This document shows, piece by piece, positions 27,775 to 37,529 of a DNA stretch of 64,000 nucleotides. The notes under the pieces are model-generated. The model had not been told where the DNA came from. It worked only from the letters and a program-made list of their open reading frames with translations, and made no database searches. The DNA comes from Candidatus Dormiibacterota bacterium (GTDB taxonomy: Bacteria; Chloroflexota; Dormibacteria; Aeolococcales; Bog-877): contig DAHVDN010000001.1 of the NCBI GenBank assembly GCA_027313505.1, positions 43,366 to 107,365 of the forward strand, read 5' to 3'. The translations under genes and the position numbers were made by a program. How positions within the stretch are numbered: position 1 is the stretch's first letter; the number at the start of each line of letters is the position of its first letter.

Positions 27775-29625
27775 ATGCCCGCGATCGGATTGATCGAGAG
27801 CAGTCTGCGCCATGGGCAGCAGACCCTGCTCTCCAGCCGCCTTAGGACCCGACATATCACTGAGCTCGCAGAGCGCCTCGAGGGCAGTGGGATAGCGGGT
27901 CTGGACGTGTTCGGCGGTGCCACCTTTGGTGTCGGGTTGAGCAACCTCGGCGAGGATCCGTTCGACCGCCTCCGAGCCGTTCGCAAGGCCACCACTACGC
28001 CGCTCTACGGGCTCATCAGGGGCCAGTCCCTGGTCGGCGCCAGGCCCGTTGCGGACGATGTGGTGGACAAATTCGTCGGGGTGCTGGCGGGACTCGGACT
28101 CGATGTGTTCAGGTGCTTCGATCCGCTGAACGATCTGCGTAACCTCTCCCGGGTGGCAGCGGCGGTGCGCGGCAGTGGCCGACGTGCGGAGGGGGCTTTG
28201 GTTTACACCGAGAGCCCCGCACATTCGGTGGAACACTTCATCAAACTTGGAGCTTCACTGGCGCAGATGGGGTTCCAGAGCCTGTGCCTCTTCGACTTCG
28301 CAGGCCTCCTGGGCGCCGGAAGTGCGCGAGCGATCGTGGCCGGGCTGCTCCAAGAGACGGGGTTGCCGGTGAGCCTGCACTGCGCCACCATCACCGGCCA
28401 GGCATCCTTCGCCTACCTGGCAGCTGCGGAGGCCGGCGCCACCTGCCTCGATGTCTGTCTCTCCCCGCTGGCAGGAGGGGCGTCGCTTCCCAACACCGAG
28501 GGGGTCATAGCGGCGCTGGCGGGCACCGACCTAGCCCCCACGGTCGATCCGGCGAAGATCCTCAGCGCCGCGGATCGTCTGGAGGAGGTGATGCCCCTAT
28601 ACGAGCTGGTGGCTGACCCCAGTGGCTGGCAGCTGGACTCCGGAACACTGAGGACCCAGCTGGCCCCCTCTGTGCAGCAGCACCTGCTCTGGGAGTGCCG
28701 GGCCCAGGGAGCTGCCGATCGCCGACCTGCGGTTGTCGAGGAGATTTCGCGGGTCAGAGCGGAAATGGGATACCCGCCACTGATCAGCCCGGTGGCCGAG
28801 GTGGTGGTCACCCAGGCAGTCGCCAACGTCGCCTCAGGCGACCGCTACCTCATCGTGGCCCAGGATGTGAAGGACTATTTCCTGGGGCTCTTCGGAGCTC
28901 CTCCCGGCACCCCGGACCCCGAGGTTCAGAAGTTAGTGATCGGAGGTGAGGAGCCGATCACGGTACGGCCCGGAGACGTGCTGGAGCCGACGCTCGAGGA
29001 GGCGCGTCGGCTGATGGCCCGGAGCGACCTGGGCGAACCAACTTTAGAGCAACTACTGGAGTTCATCTTGTTTCCCGAGGCGGCCTCCGCGGCAATTAGG
29101 GGAGAGGCTCGACACGAACGGCTGGATGATGAACCGGAACCGCCGTCGGTGGAGCCGCCAACGCTGGAGGTTTCGGGGCCACCAGCTTTGGTGGATGGTG
29201 GTGACCTCAGCGAGCCGATTGGGGACGCGGCGGCTGTTCCGATGTTCTCGGCTCCGCCCACCCCGGCACCGCCTCCAGAGGAGCCCTCTGCGGCCCGTGA
29301 ATTCAGCGTGGAGGTGGACGGGGAGGTGTTCGAGGTCCGGGTGCTTGCCAAGGATGGTGGCTTCTCGGCTGTCTCCGGGGCTCCTGCCTCCTCGCAGCCC
29401 GCCCCTGCGGCATCAGGCGCGGTGCGGGCGCCGATGCAGGGTCTGATCGCCAAGATTCCGGTGAAGGTGGGAGATCCGGTGGAGATCGGCCAGACCGTGG
29501 CGGTCCTGGAGGCGATGAAGATGCAGAACGACATCCCTTCGGATCGTGCCGGGACGGTCCAGAGCGTGAACGTGGCCGAGGGCCAGGTGGTGGGCCGCGG
29601 CGACCCGCTGGTCACCATCGGCTGA
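27775..29625 (+). CDS. Biotin-dependent carboxyltransferase with C-terminal biotinyl (BCCP) domain: pyruvate carboxylase subunit B / oxaloacetate decarboxylase alpha-type
   Basis: HMGL-like carboxyltransferase N-terminus (RHGQQTLLSSRLRTRHI...). C-terminal biotin-attachment motif VAVLEAMKMQNDI. 616 aa. It is followed by a biotin carboxylase. Confidence 0.8.
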   Translation: MPAIGLIESSLRHGQQTLLSSRLRTRHITELAERLEGSGIAGLDVFGGATFGVGLSNLGEDPFDRLRAVRKATTTPLYGLIRGQSLVGARPVADDVVDKFVGVLAGLGLDVFRCFDPLNDLRNLSRVAAAVRGSGRRAEGALVYTESPAHSVEHFIKLGASLAQMGFQSLCLFDFAGLLGAGSARAIVAGLLQETGLPVSLHCATITGQASFAYLAAAEAGATCLDVCLSPLAGGASLPNTEGVIAALAGTDLAPTVDPAKILSAADRLEEVMPLYELVADPSGWQLDSGTLRTQLAPSVQQHLLWECRAQGAADRRPAVVEEISRVRAEMGYPPLISPVAEVVVTQAVANVASGDRYLIVAQDVKDYFLGLFGAPPGTPDPEVQKLVIGGEEPITVRPGDVLEPTLEEARRLMARSDLGEPTLEQLLEFILFPEAASAAIRGEARHERLDDEPEPPSVEPPTLEVSGPPALVDGGDLSEPIGDAAAVPMFSAPPTPAPPPEEPSAAREFSVEVDGEVFEVRVLAKDGGFSAVSGAPASSQPAPAASGAVRAPMQGLIAKIPVKVGDPVEIGQTVAVLEAMKMQNDIPSDRAGTVQSVNVAEGQVVGRGDPLVTIG

Positions 29626-29632
29626 CCCCGCG

Positions 29633-31081
29633 ATGTTCGACACCGTCTTGGTCGCCAATCGTGGAGAGATAGCGGTGCGCGTGATCAGAGCCTGCCGGGA
29701 CCTCGGGCTGAGGTCGGTCGCGGTTTACTCCGAGGCGGACCGGGGTGCCCTCCATACGAAGATGGCGGACACCGCGGTGGAGATCGGCCCAAGTCCGGCG
29801 ACTCAGTCCTATCTCGACCTGGACCGGATCGTAAGAGCCGCCAAGGATACGGGGGCCCAGGCGATTCATCCGGGCTACGGCTTTTTGTCTGAGAGCCCAA
29901 GGTTGGCGCGTGCCTGCAGTGACAATGGACTGACTCTCATCGGGCCCCCGGAGGCGGCGATGGCAGCCATGGGGGACAAGGTCACCGCTCGCGGAAAGAT
30001 GCAGGCTGCGGGGGTGCCAGTCGTTCCCGGTACTGAGGCCATCTCCGATCCTGAGGAGGCGCTGCACCAGGCCAGGGAGATCGGCTACCCGATCCTTGTA
30101 AAGGCCTCGGCTGGAGGAGGCGGGATAGGGATGCGGGCTGCCCGTGATGAGGAGGAGCTCCGCTACGCGATCCAGGCCTGCAGCGACGCTGCGGCCAGGT
30201 CCTTCGGCGATCCCCGGGTGTTCTTGGAGCGCTTGGTGGATGAGCCGCGCCACATCGAGATCCAGGTATTGGCGGACACCCACGGCAACACGATCCACCT
30301 CGGCGAGCGTGAGTGTTCGATCCAGAGGCGGCACCAGAAGCTGCTCGAGGAAGCCCCGTCGACAGCAGTCACCGAGGAGATGAGGCAGCGGATGGGGGCG
30401 GCGGCGGTCCAGGCCGCGCGGGCCGTGGGCTACGTAAACGCCGGGACCGTCGAGTTCATCGAGTCCCGGGGTTCATTCTATTTTCTGGAGATGAACACCC
30501 GACTCCAGGTGGAGCACCCGGTGACCGAGCTGGTCACCGGCGTAGATCTGGTCGTGGAGCAGCTGCGAGTGGCCCTTGGAGACCGGCTGTCGATCGCCCA
30601 GGAGGATGTGCGCTGGCACGGATGGGCGATTGAGTGCCGGGTGAACGCTGAGGATCCATGGCAGGACTTCGCCCCCACCCCGGGCCGAGTCTCCGCTTAC
30701 CATGAGCCCTCGGGCCCCGGCGTTCGGGTGGACAGCTCTCTGGCCGGTCCCGGGGTGGTCAGTCCCTTCTACGACCCCATGATCGCCAAGATGATCGTCT
30801 ACGGCAAGACTCGGGATCAGGCGGCTGCGCGCGCCCGGCGCAGCCTCTTCGAGTACTGGATCGGGGGCATCTCGACCAACATCCCCTACCACGCCGTGGT
30901 GCTGGACGACCCCGACTTCCTCGCCGGGAGGCTCACCACCGAGTTCATCCCGACCCACCCCGATCTGCTCACCCGGGCGCGGGACTGGCAGCAACGGCAG
31001 GCATCCGCCATGTCCGGCTTCGGACAGGACCGCAGGCGGTTGGCGGCGATGGCGGCTGCCCTGGCGGCGACTACCGGCTGA
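29633..31081 (+). CDS. Biotin carboxylase subunit (PycA/AccC-type)
   Basis: MFDTVLVANRGEIAVRVIRACRDLG..., an ATP-grasp core and the conserved ...EMNTRLQVEHPVTE motif. 482 aa. Confidence 0.9.
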   Translation: MFDTVLVANRGEIAVRVIRACRDLGLRSVAVYSEADRGALHTKMADTAVEIGPSPATQSYLDLDRIVRAAKDTGAQAIHPGYGFLSESPRLARACSDNGLTLIGPPEAAMAAMGDKVTARGKMQAAGVPVVPGTEAISDPEEALHQAREIGYPILVKASAGGGGIGMRAARDEEELRYAIQACSDAAARSFGDPRVFLERLVDEPRHIEIQVLADTHGNTIHLGERECSIQRRHQKLLEEAPSTAVTEEMRQRMGAAAVQAARAVGYVNAGTVEFIESRGSFYFLEMNTRLQVEHPVTELVTGVDLVVEQLRVALGDRLSIAQEDVRWHGWAIECRVNAEDPWQDFAPTPGRVSAYHEPSGPGVRVDSSLAGPGVVSPFYDPMIAKMIVYGKTRDQAAARARRSLFEYWIGGISTNIPYHAVVLDDPDFLAGRLTTEFIPTHPDLLTRARDWQQRQASAMSGFGQDRRRLAAMAAALAATTG

Positions 31082-31285
31082 AGGTCTGCTCTCCACGACC
31101 AGTGCGTCCCTGCCGCCAGCAGTGACAACGATGACCTGGTCCAGCCCGGGGCCGAGTTATGGCTGCCGTCGAAGCTCATCCCCAGGGCGCACCTAGCTCA
31201 GGCTCAGGGCCGGACATCAAGGCGCTCTGAAACCCACACCCGCTGAGGCAGAGGGGTGGCCGCTGCTGCACAATGGAATCTAGGA

Positions 31286-33601
31286 TCAGCTCCCGGCGGT
31301 GGCCGGAGGCGCGCTGGGCAGGGACAGCTGATACGGCACCGTGATCTGGACGTGGTTGACGTCTGAGAGGGGTGCCGCCACGGTCAGCACCAGCGGTCCG
31401 GGGGGCAGTGGTCCGGTGATCACGGTCACCTCACGGGTCGCGGCTTGATAGGCGATCTGAAGGTTTGGCACCGACTGCCCCGAGTCGACCACGGATATGG
31501 ACTGCGGACCCACCGTCACCGCATTGAGGTCCGAGTTGAACTGGATGGTGAAGCTGGCGCCTCCGCCGGGGGCGGCGTTGGCGCTGGCCGATACGACCAG
31601 AGGGCCGGTTGGCAGGGTGGTCAGGCTCCCCTGGCTTATGGCTGTGATCAGAGGGGACGGTCCACCAGCGTTGACCATTACCAGCTCCTGAAGGGATGCC
31701 GCCGGGTGCACTGTGGTGGCGTCGCGCACCAGCTCGATGGCGACCTGGTAAGAGGCTGACGATGGCTCCACCGGGGTGCTGGAAACGGCGTAGAAGCGGT
31801 CGAAGTTTCCTGGGAGGAGGTCCGCGCTGGGAATGGCCGCTCCGGGTGCCAGGAGGGATTGGATCTGGGTCAGCGCTGTGGAGCTGTCTGTTATCTGGAG
31901 CTGGGCGAGGCTGCTGGCAACGTCGAGCGCGGAGGTCTCCGCGGTCCCATTGGCGGCTGTCGGCGCGGGGTTCGAAAGCTGAAGCGAGACCACCTCAGAC
32001 GCTCCGCCCGGAAGTGCCTGCAGCGCTGCCAACTCACTCCCGAAGGGCGACCATGCCAGGTGGCTCATACCGACTCTGGTGCTGATCAGCGCGCTGCTGC
32101 CGGTGGCGATATCGACCGCGCCGATCTGGCTCCCAACTCCGGGGGTGTCGGCGGTGTAGGCGAGGTAATCTGACCCCGCGCTGTACACCAGATCTCCGAG
32201 GGTGACTCCCTGGGGTGCGACCAGCAGCTCCCGCGGCTGGCCGCCGTAGGGGCCGGCGATGAACAGTGCCTGGTTGCCGCCATCCATCGCGATATAAGCC
32301 AGCTGTCCCCCCGCCGCATTCCAAACGGGAACTCCTTGGAGTCCGGGCACGGTGGTCGACGAGCCAGTGCTGAGGTCGTAGATCGTGGGAACTCCGTCGG
32401 GGGAGCCAAAGAGCGCCTGGGCCTGAGAGGCGACGGTGAACTGTCCGGATTGCCCCAGCTTCACGAACGGGTAGACGGCGGTGGTCTGCCCGTCAAGGTT
32501 CACCTGGAGCAGCTGCCCGGAGCTGGAGTAGAGCAGGCTGCTGTCGTTGAGCCAGGCCACCTCCGGGGTGGTGCTGGAGGTGCTGGCCAGAGACAATCCC
32601 GGCCCTTGACCCCCGAGTGGGGTCACGTGGAGGGTGGCGGCCCCTCCAGGGGGGAGAGTCCAGTAAGCCAGCTGCTGGCTGTCCGGTGAAGCTACGGCCC
32701 CATAGGCGCTGGTTGCGAGTGGGGCCAGCAGATCGGCCAGTGAGTAGACCGAACCAACGCCGGCCGTGCTCGGGGTGGACGGCGAGGCCGGAGGTGGCAC
32801 TGGCGCGGTCGAACCATAGGCGATGACCGAGCCGCTAGCGGTCAGCAACAGCTCGCCGCTCGGGGTGTAGGCCAGCCCGGTGGCGCCGTCGGCAAGGGCC
32901 ATCTGGTTAATGGCCACCAAGGAGGGGGGATAGCCCTGGGCGGTCGCCGCGACCGGTTCGGTACCGAACGGAATCACCACCTTGGAGAGAGGTACCGCCC
33001 CATTCTTGGCCCGGGCCGCGTGCCGCGCGATGCTGACGACGTACGAGACGTTGGGGACCAGGTCATGTTGAGGCGCGATCACCAAGGTGGTCGCGTCGGG
33101 CCACTTGGCGTGGTACGACACTGCGGGGGTGATGGTGAGGCCGTTAACGACGCTGGACTCCACCATCGGCTGGTTGAAGCTGAGCTGGATTGCCTCCGTC
33201 ACCGGGACCCGCGGATTGCCCTGGACCGAGGCGCGAACCGTGACCGAGGCAGCCCCTCCGGGAACCGCGACCACCGAGAAGAGCACCACGGCAACCATCG
33301 CCAGACCGGCGATCCCAAGCCCGGCGCCGAATACCAGGCCGAATCGCCGCCGGTGCCGGGGGCGGCTCCGCTGTCGGAACCTGGCCTCCTCCATGAGGCT
33401 GGCGCGCAGGTGGGCTCGGTAGGCGGGATCGGGGTCAGCGGCCGGGTGGCTGGCGGCCAGAGACCGGATCCTTCGAGCCGCCGCCAACAACGTCGGATCA
33501 CTCCGACTCTCACCCTCTCCGAAGAGGGCCCGAAGATCCGGGTCGTCGTCAGGTTGGGGTCGGGGGCCGGGTCCGTGGCCAAAGCGTGGGGCGTCAGCCA
33601 T
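31286..33601 (-). CDS. Membrane-anchored anti-sigma-factor-like protein with large extracytoplasmic Ig-like + TolB/PD40-like beta-propeller region
   Basis: Cytoplasmic N-terminal domain, then a single TM (FGLVFGAGLGIAGLAMVAVVLFSVV). An SbsA-type Ig-like segment follows. There are at least 6 repeats of the LAY(T/W/I)xxxG propeller blade signature, then a second Ig-like domain at the C-terminus. The start overlaps the ECF sigma stop by 8 nt (ATGGCTGA); alternative ATG at 33616. Confidence 0.6.
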   Translation of the reverse strand: MADAPRFGHGPGPRPQPDDDPDLRALFGEGESRSDPTLLAAARRIRSLAASHPAADPDPAYRAHLRASLMEEARFRQRSRPRHRRRFGLVFGAGLGIAGLAMVAVVLFSVVAVPGGAASVTVRASVQGNPRVPVTEAIQLSFNQPMVESSVVNGLTITPAVSYHAKWPDATTLVIAPQHDLVPNVSYVVSIARHAARAKNGAVPLSKVVIPFGTEPVAATAQGYPPSLVAINQMALADGATGLAYTPSGELLLTASGSVIAYGSTAPVPPPASPSTPSTAGVGSVYSLADLLAPLATSAYGAVASPDSQQLAYWTLPPGGAATLHVTPLGGQGPGLSLASTSSTTPEVAWLNDSSLLYSSSGQLLQVNLDGQTTAVYPFVKLGQSGQFTVASQAQALFGSPDGVPTIYDLSTGSSTTVPGLQGVPVWNAAGGQLAYIAMDGGNQALFIAGPYGGQPRELLVAPQGVTLGDLVYSAGSDYLAYTADTPGVGSQIGAVDIATGSSALISTRVGMSHLAWSPFGSELAALQALPGGASEVVSLQLSNPAPTAANGTAETSALDVASSLAQLQITDSSTALTQIQSLLAPGAAIPSADLLPGNFDRFYAVSSTPVEPSSASYQVAIELVRDATTVHPAASLQELVMVNAGGPSPLITAISQGSLTTLPTGPLVVSASANAAPGGGASFTIQFNSDLNAVTVGPQSISVVDSGQSVPNLQIAYQAATREVTVITGPLPPGPLVLTVAAPLSDVNHVQITVPYQLSLPSAPPATAGS

Positions 33602-34172
33602 GGGGCGGATCCTCACCGGGTCCCCTACGTTCTGTGATCAGGCGCTGTCTCAGGGTTGCGGTGCCACGAAAGACCAACAACTTCACGGCGCCCTCACTCT
33701 TGCCCATGATCACACCGATCTCGGCGAGCCTAAGGTCCTCTCCATACTTGAGAGTCATCGCCACCCTCTGTTGCTCAGGGAGCGCTTCGATGAGCGCCCA
33801 GATGTCCTCGGCGCCCATCCTCTGAGCGACGTCCTCATCGACAGGGGTCGAGGGGTCTGAGAGCTCGGCACCCTGTTCGAGACTCTCCTCGGTTCGCCGC
33901 CGCGAACGATAGTGATCGGTGATGGCGTTGACCGCGATCTGGTAGAGCCATGCCGAGAAGGGATGACCGGTGTGTCGATAGCGACCAATCCCGCGCAGGG
34001 CCTTGAAGAACACCTCACTGGTGATGTCCTCGGCAAGGCTCTGGCTCCGGACTCTAGAAGCCACGTACCGGTAAATCTGAGGAAAGTATTGGTCATACAG
34101 TGGGCCGAAGTATTCCGGGTCCTCCTGTGCCCTGGCAATGAGGGCGGCCTCCTCTTGGATGGGGAGGGTCAT
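33594..34172 (-). CDS. ECF (group IV) RNA polymerase sigma factor
   Basis: Region 2 (FGPLYDQYFPQIYRYVASRV...DITSEVFFKALRGIGRY...PFSAWLYQIAVNAITDHYR). Region 4 (LPEQQRVAMTLKYGEDLRLAEIGVIMGKSEGAVKLLVFRGTATLRQ). Start set at ATG 34172. Confidence 0.85.
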   Translation of the reverse strand: MTLPIQEEAALIARAQEDPEYFGPLYDQYFPQIYRYVASRVRSQSLAEDITSEVFFKALRGIGRYRHTGHPFSAWLYQIAVNAITDHYRSRRRTEESLEQGAELSDPSTPVDEDVAQRMGAEDIWALIEALPEQQRVAMTLKYGEDLRLAEIGVIMGKSEGAVKLLVFRGTATLRQRLITERRGPGEDPPHG

Positions 34173-34366
34173 TTCCAGAACCATTCGGTATGCTCCGTCA
34201 ACGGAACTGCGGCAGATACGGTTACGTCGGCGCTGGCCACTTCCCAACGGTAACCGCCAAGCAAGGCGCTTGGTTTCGTCATCGGGGCTCGGGTCGAGCT
34301 GGCCACACCACTCTATACTCGGTGGAGTTGAGGATCGTTCTCCCCGCCCTGCCGCCCAGCTCCTGA

Positions 34367-35686
34367 ATGATTGAAAGGTACGCTCCCCAGGAGCTCCGCT
34401 CGCTGTGGTCCGATGAGAATCGGATACGTCTTTGGATGCGGGTCGAGACCGCCGTCTGTCGAGCCCGGGCCGGGCTCGGTGAGATCGCCGACGACGAAAT
34501 TGCCGCCATCAACGCCGCCAAACCACCCAGCTGGGACCGGGTGCGACAGCTTGAATCGGAGCAGGGCCACGATCTGGCGGCCTTTGTGAGCGCGGTCCAG
34601 GAACAGCTGGGGGTCGAGGGGCGGCACATCCATCTGGGGCTGACCAGCCAGGACGTGGTCGACACCACCCTGGCACTTCAGCTCCGGCAGGCGAACGCCT
34701 ACCTCATGGAGGAGTTGGATCGGCTGGGGTTCGCCCTGGCGGCCCTGGCGGAGAGGCACCTCCACACCGCCATGATCGGTCGGACCCATGGCATGCACGC
34801 CGAGCCGGTCACCTTTGGTTTTGTGGTCGCCAACCATCTCGATGAGATTCGCCGCTCGCAACGGCGGTTGGCCGCCGCTGCCGCCGAGGTGATCGTGGGC
34901 AAGATTTCCGGCACCGTGGGCACTCACTCCACCGTCTCGGCGGTGGTGGAGAAACGTGCTCTGGCGGAGCTGGACCTCGTCCCGGCCGACATCACAACCC
35001 AGGTCGTGGCACGGGACCGCCACGCCTCCTACCTGTGTGCCGAAGCGCTGCTGGGGGCCTGCTGTGAACGCTTGGCCACGACCCTGCGACACCTTCAGCG
35101 GACCGAGGTGGGAGAGGTCCGCGAACCCTTTGGGTCGCGTCAGAAGGGTTCCTCAGCCATGCCCCACAAGCGCAATCCGATCCGGCTCGAGCAGGTGTGT
35201 GGGCTGAGTCGGCTTCTTCGGGGCTACGCGCTTTCGGGGATGGAGGATGTGGCTCTCTGGCACGAGCGTGACATCTCTCATTCATCCGCTGAGCGGGTGG
35301 TCTTACCCGACTCCACAATGGTGCTTGGCCATATCCTGCGCACCATGACCCAGGTGGTGGAGGGGCTGGAGGTCGACACCGACGCCATGGCCCGAAACCT
35401 GGATCGCCACGGGGCGGTGGCTCGCAGTCAGCAGGTTCTCCTGGCGCTGGTTCGTGGAGGTCTGGGCCGCGACGATGCCTACCGGATCGTGCAGCAGCTG
35501 GCCCAGGAGGCTGAAAAGCCCGGAGGGGACTTCCGCAGCCTGTGCCTGGACTCTCCTGAACTGGGCAACCTGATGTCGGCCGTCGAGATTGAGAATGCAC
35601 TCGCCCTCGGACCTTTCCTGTCTGGGGTGGACGAGAGCCTTCGGCGGGTAGGTCTCCTGGCCGGCGAGCCCGGAGCCGCCACTTGA
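34367..35686 (+). CDS. purB: Adenylosuccinate lyase
   Basis: MIERYAPQELRSLWSDENRIRLWMRVE and the fumarate-lyase signature region GSSAMPHKRNP. 439 aa. Confidence 0.9.
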   Translation: MIERYAPQELRSLWSDENRIRLWMRVETAVCRARAGLGEIADDEIAAINAAKPPSWDRVRQLESEQGHDLAAFVSAVQEQLGVEGRHIHLGLTSQDVVDTTLALQLRQANAYLMEELDRLGFALAALAERHLHTAMIGRTHGMHAEPVTFGFVVANHLDEIRRSQRRLAAAAAEVIVGKISGTVGTHSTVSAVVEKRALAELDLVPADITTQVVARDRHASYLCAEALLGACCERLATTLRHLQRTEVGEVREPFGSRQKGSSAMPHKRNPIRLEQVCGLSRLLRGYALSGMEDVALWHERDISHSSAERVVLPDSTMVLGHILRTMTQVVEGLEVDTDAMARNLDRHGAVARSQQVLLALVRGGLGRDDAYRIVQQLAQEAEKPGGDFRSLCLDSPELGNLMSAVEIENALALGPFLSGVDESLRRVGLLAGEPGAAT

Positions 35687-36579
35687 GCTCCGCCGACCCT
35701 CCTGAGGAGGCTGTAGCACAGGTCGATATCCCTGATGTGGAGCTCTTTCGCCGCGGTAAGGTGCGGGACACATTCGATCTTGGCGATCGGCTGCTCATGG
35801 TTGCCACGGACCGGCTCTCCGCTTTCGACTGCGTGCTGCCGGACCTGATTCCGGGCCGCGGCCGTGTGCTCACCGCGATGTCCAGATTCTGGTTTGAGCG
35901 CACCCGTCAACTGGTGCCCAATCACCTGCTGCCCGATGACTTTTTAGCGTTGCCAGAAGAGCTTCGCTCCCGGCTCCAAGGCCGGGTGATGTTTGTCGCC
36001 AAGGCGGAGCGGATCGACATCGAGTGCGTTGTGCGGGGGAGGCTGGTGGGCAGTGGATGGGAGGAGTATCGCCAGCAGGGTACGCTCGCGGACGAGCCGT
36101 TGCCCGCCGGCATCTCCTTCGGGGACCAGTTGCGCGAGCCGAGGTTCACCCCGGCCACCAAGAGCGATTCGGGTCACGACGAGAACATCTCCAGGAAGGC
36201 TTTGGCCGAGCTTGTCGGCGGGGAGCTTGCGGCGCGATTGGAGACGGTCAGCCTCTCACTTTTCAATCTCGCCTCCGAACAATGTGCCAGGGCCGGGATG
36301 TTGCTGGTCGACACCAAATTCGAGTACGGCTTCGTCCGGGGAGAGCTCACCCTGATCGACGAGCTGCTCACCCCAGACTCCTCGCGGCTCTGGGAGATGG
36401 GTGCGCCAATCTCCGAGAGCAACTCACAGGGTTTCGACAAGCAGTTGGTGCGTGATCACTTGCTCGCCGGCGGCTGGGACCGCACCCCGCCCGCTCCCCA
36501 CCTTCCCCCGGCGCTGGTTCTGGAAGTCCGCCGTCGTTACCTGGAGGTCTGCAGACGGATCACGAATCTAGATTTATAG
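35683..36579 (+). CDS. purC: Phosphoribosylaminoimidazole-succinocarboxamide (SAICAR) synthase
   Basis: LFRRGKVRDTFDLGDRLLMVATDRLSAFD is the SAICAR-synthetase hallmark. TTG start overlaps the purB stop by 4 nt. Confidence 0.9.
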   Translation: MSSADPPEEAVAQVDIPDVELFRRGKVRDTFDLGDRLLMVATDRLSAFDCVLPDLIPGRGRVLTAMSRFWFERTRQLVPNHLLPDDFLALPEELRSRLQGRVMFVAKAERIDIECVVRGRLVGSGWEEYRQQGTLADEPLPAGISFGDQLREPRFTPATKSDSGHDENISRKALAELVGGELAARLETVSLSLFNLASEQCARAGMLLVDTKFEYGFVRGELTLIDELLTPDSSRLWEMGAPISESNSQGFDKQLVRDHLLAGGWDRTPPAPHLPPALVLEVRRRYLEVCRRITNLDL

Positions 36580-36605
36580 CGGAGATTCTGGTCACCCTCA
36601 AGGCG

Positions 36606-36824
36606 GTGGTCAATGATCCTCAAGGGCTGGTGGTGACCGATGCCCTGCATTCCCTCGGCTACCCGGAGGTGCTGGGAACCAGAGTCGGCAAGTACATCCG
36701 GCTGGAGCTCGCGGCCGACCTTGAGAGCACGGCGGCCAAGAGGGTCGACGAGATGTGTCGGCGACTGCTCTGCAATGGGGTGATCGAGGACTACTCATTT
36801 GAGATTGCGGCCGGAATGAGCTGA
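36606..36824 (+). CDS. purS: Phosphoribosylformylglycinamidine synthase subunit PurS (5' end uncertain)
   Basis: VNDPQGLVVTDALHSLGYPEVLGTRVGKYIRLEL...VIEDYSFEIA matches PurS. The conserved N-terminal beta-strand (ILVTLKAV) lies in-frame upstream of the first canonical start (GTG 36606) with only ATT/CTG/ATA codons available. Confidence 0.7.
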   Translation: MVNDPQGLVVTDALHSLGYPEVLGTRVGKYIRLELAADLESTAAKRVDEMCRRLLCNGVIEDYSFEIAAGMS

Positions 36825-37529
36825 ATGGCCTTTCGCTTCGGGATTGCCGTCTTTCCCGGTACCTGGTCAGACCGGGATTGCGCCCACGCGGTGGGTCTAA
36901 CCGGTGCCGAGGCGGTGTTTTTGTGGCACGCGGACAAGGAGCTGAAGGGAGCGGACTGCGTCATCCTGCCTGGAGGCTTCGCCCACGGCGACTATCTGCG
37001 GGCCGGCGCCATTGCGCGCTTCGCCCCCCTGATGGAGGCGGTGGCCGAACACGCTCGGGGGGGAGGGCTGGTGCTCGGAATCTGTAACGGCTTCCAGATC
37101 CTGTGTGAGGCGGGACTGCTTCCAGGAGCTCTGCTTCGCAACCGCGACCTGCAGTTTCGCTGCCAGGACACCACCCTTTTGGTCGAGCCCACGGACTCCC
37201 CCTTTCTGGCCACCATTGCCTCCGGCTCTCGACTCAGGATCCCGATCTCCCACGGAGAGGGGCGGTACTTCGCGGATCCGGCGACGCTGGCCGGCCTTGA
37301 GCGAGGCCACCAGGTGGCTCTGCGCTACTGCTCGCCGGACGGCGACCTCGACGACGCCCACAACCCCAACGGCTCGCTGTCTCACATCGCCGGAATCGTC
37401 AATGAGGCGGGGAACGTTTTGGGGATGATGCCCCATCCCGAGCGCGTCTGTGAACCACTTCTAGGCTCTGAGGACGGGCTTCGGCTCTTCGGCTCTGTCA
37501 CCACAGGATTGGCGGCGGCGGGACGTTGA
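36825..37529 (+). CDS. purQ: Phosphoribosylformylglycinamidine synthase, glutaminase subunit
   Basis: [20 protein letters not shown]... with the GATase1 catalytic Cys context ([10 protein letters not shown]). ATG immediately after the purS stop. Confidence 0.9.
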   Translation: MAFRFGIAVFPGTWSDRDCAHAVGLTGAEAVFLWHADKELKGADCVILPGGFAHGDYLRAGAIARFAPLMEAVAEHARGGGLVLGICNGFQILCEAGLLPGALLRNRDLQFRCQDTTLLVEPTDSPFLATIASGSRLRIPISHGEGRYFADPATLAGLERGHQVALRYCSPDGDLDDAHNPNGSLSHIAGIVNEAGNVLGMMPHPERVCEPLLGSEDGLRLFGSVTTGLAAAGR

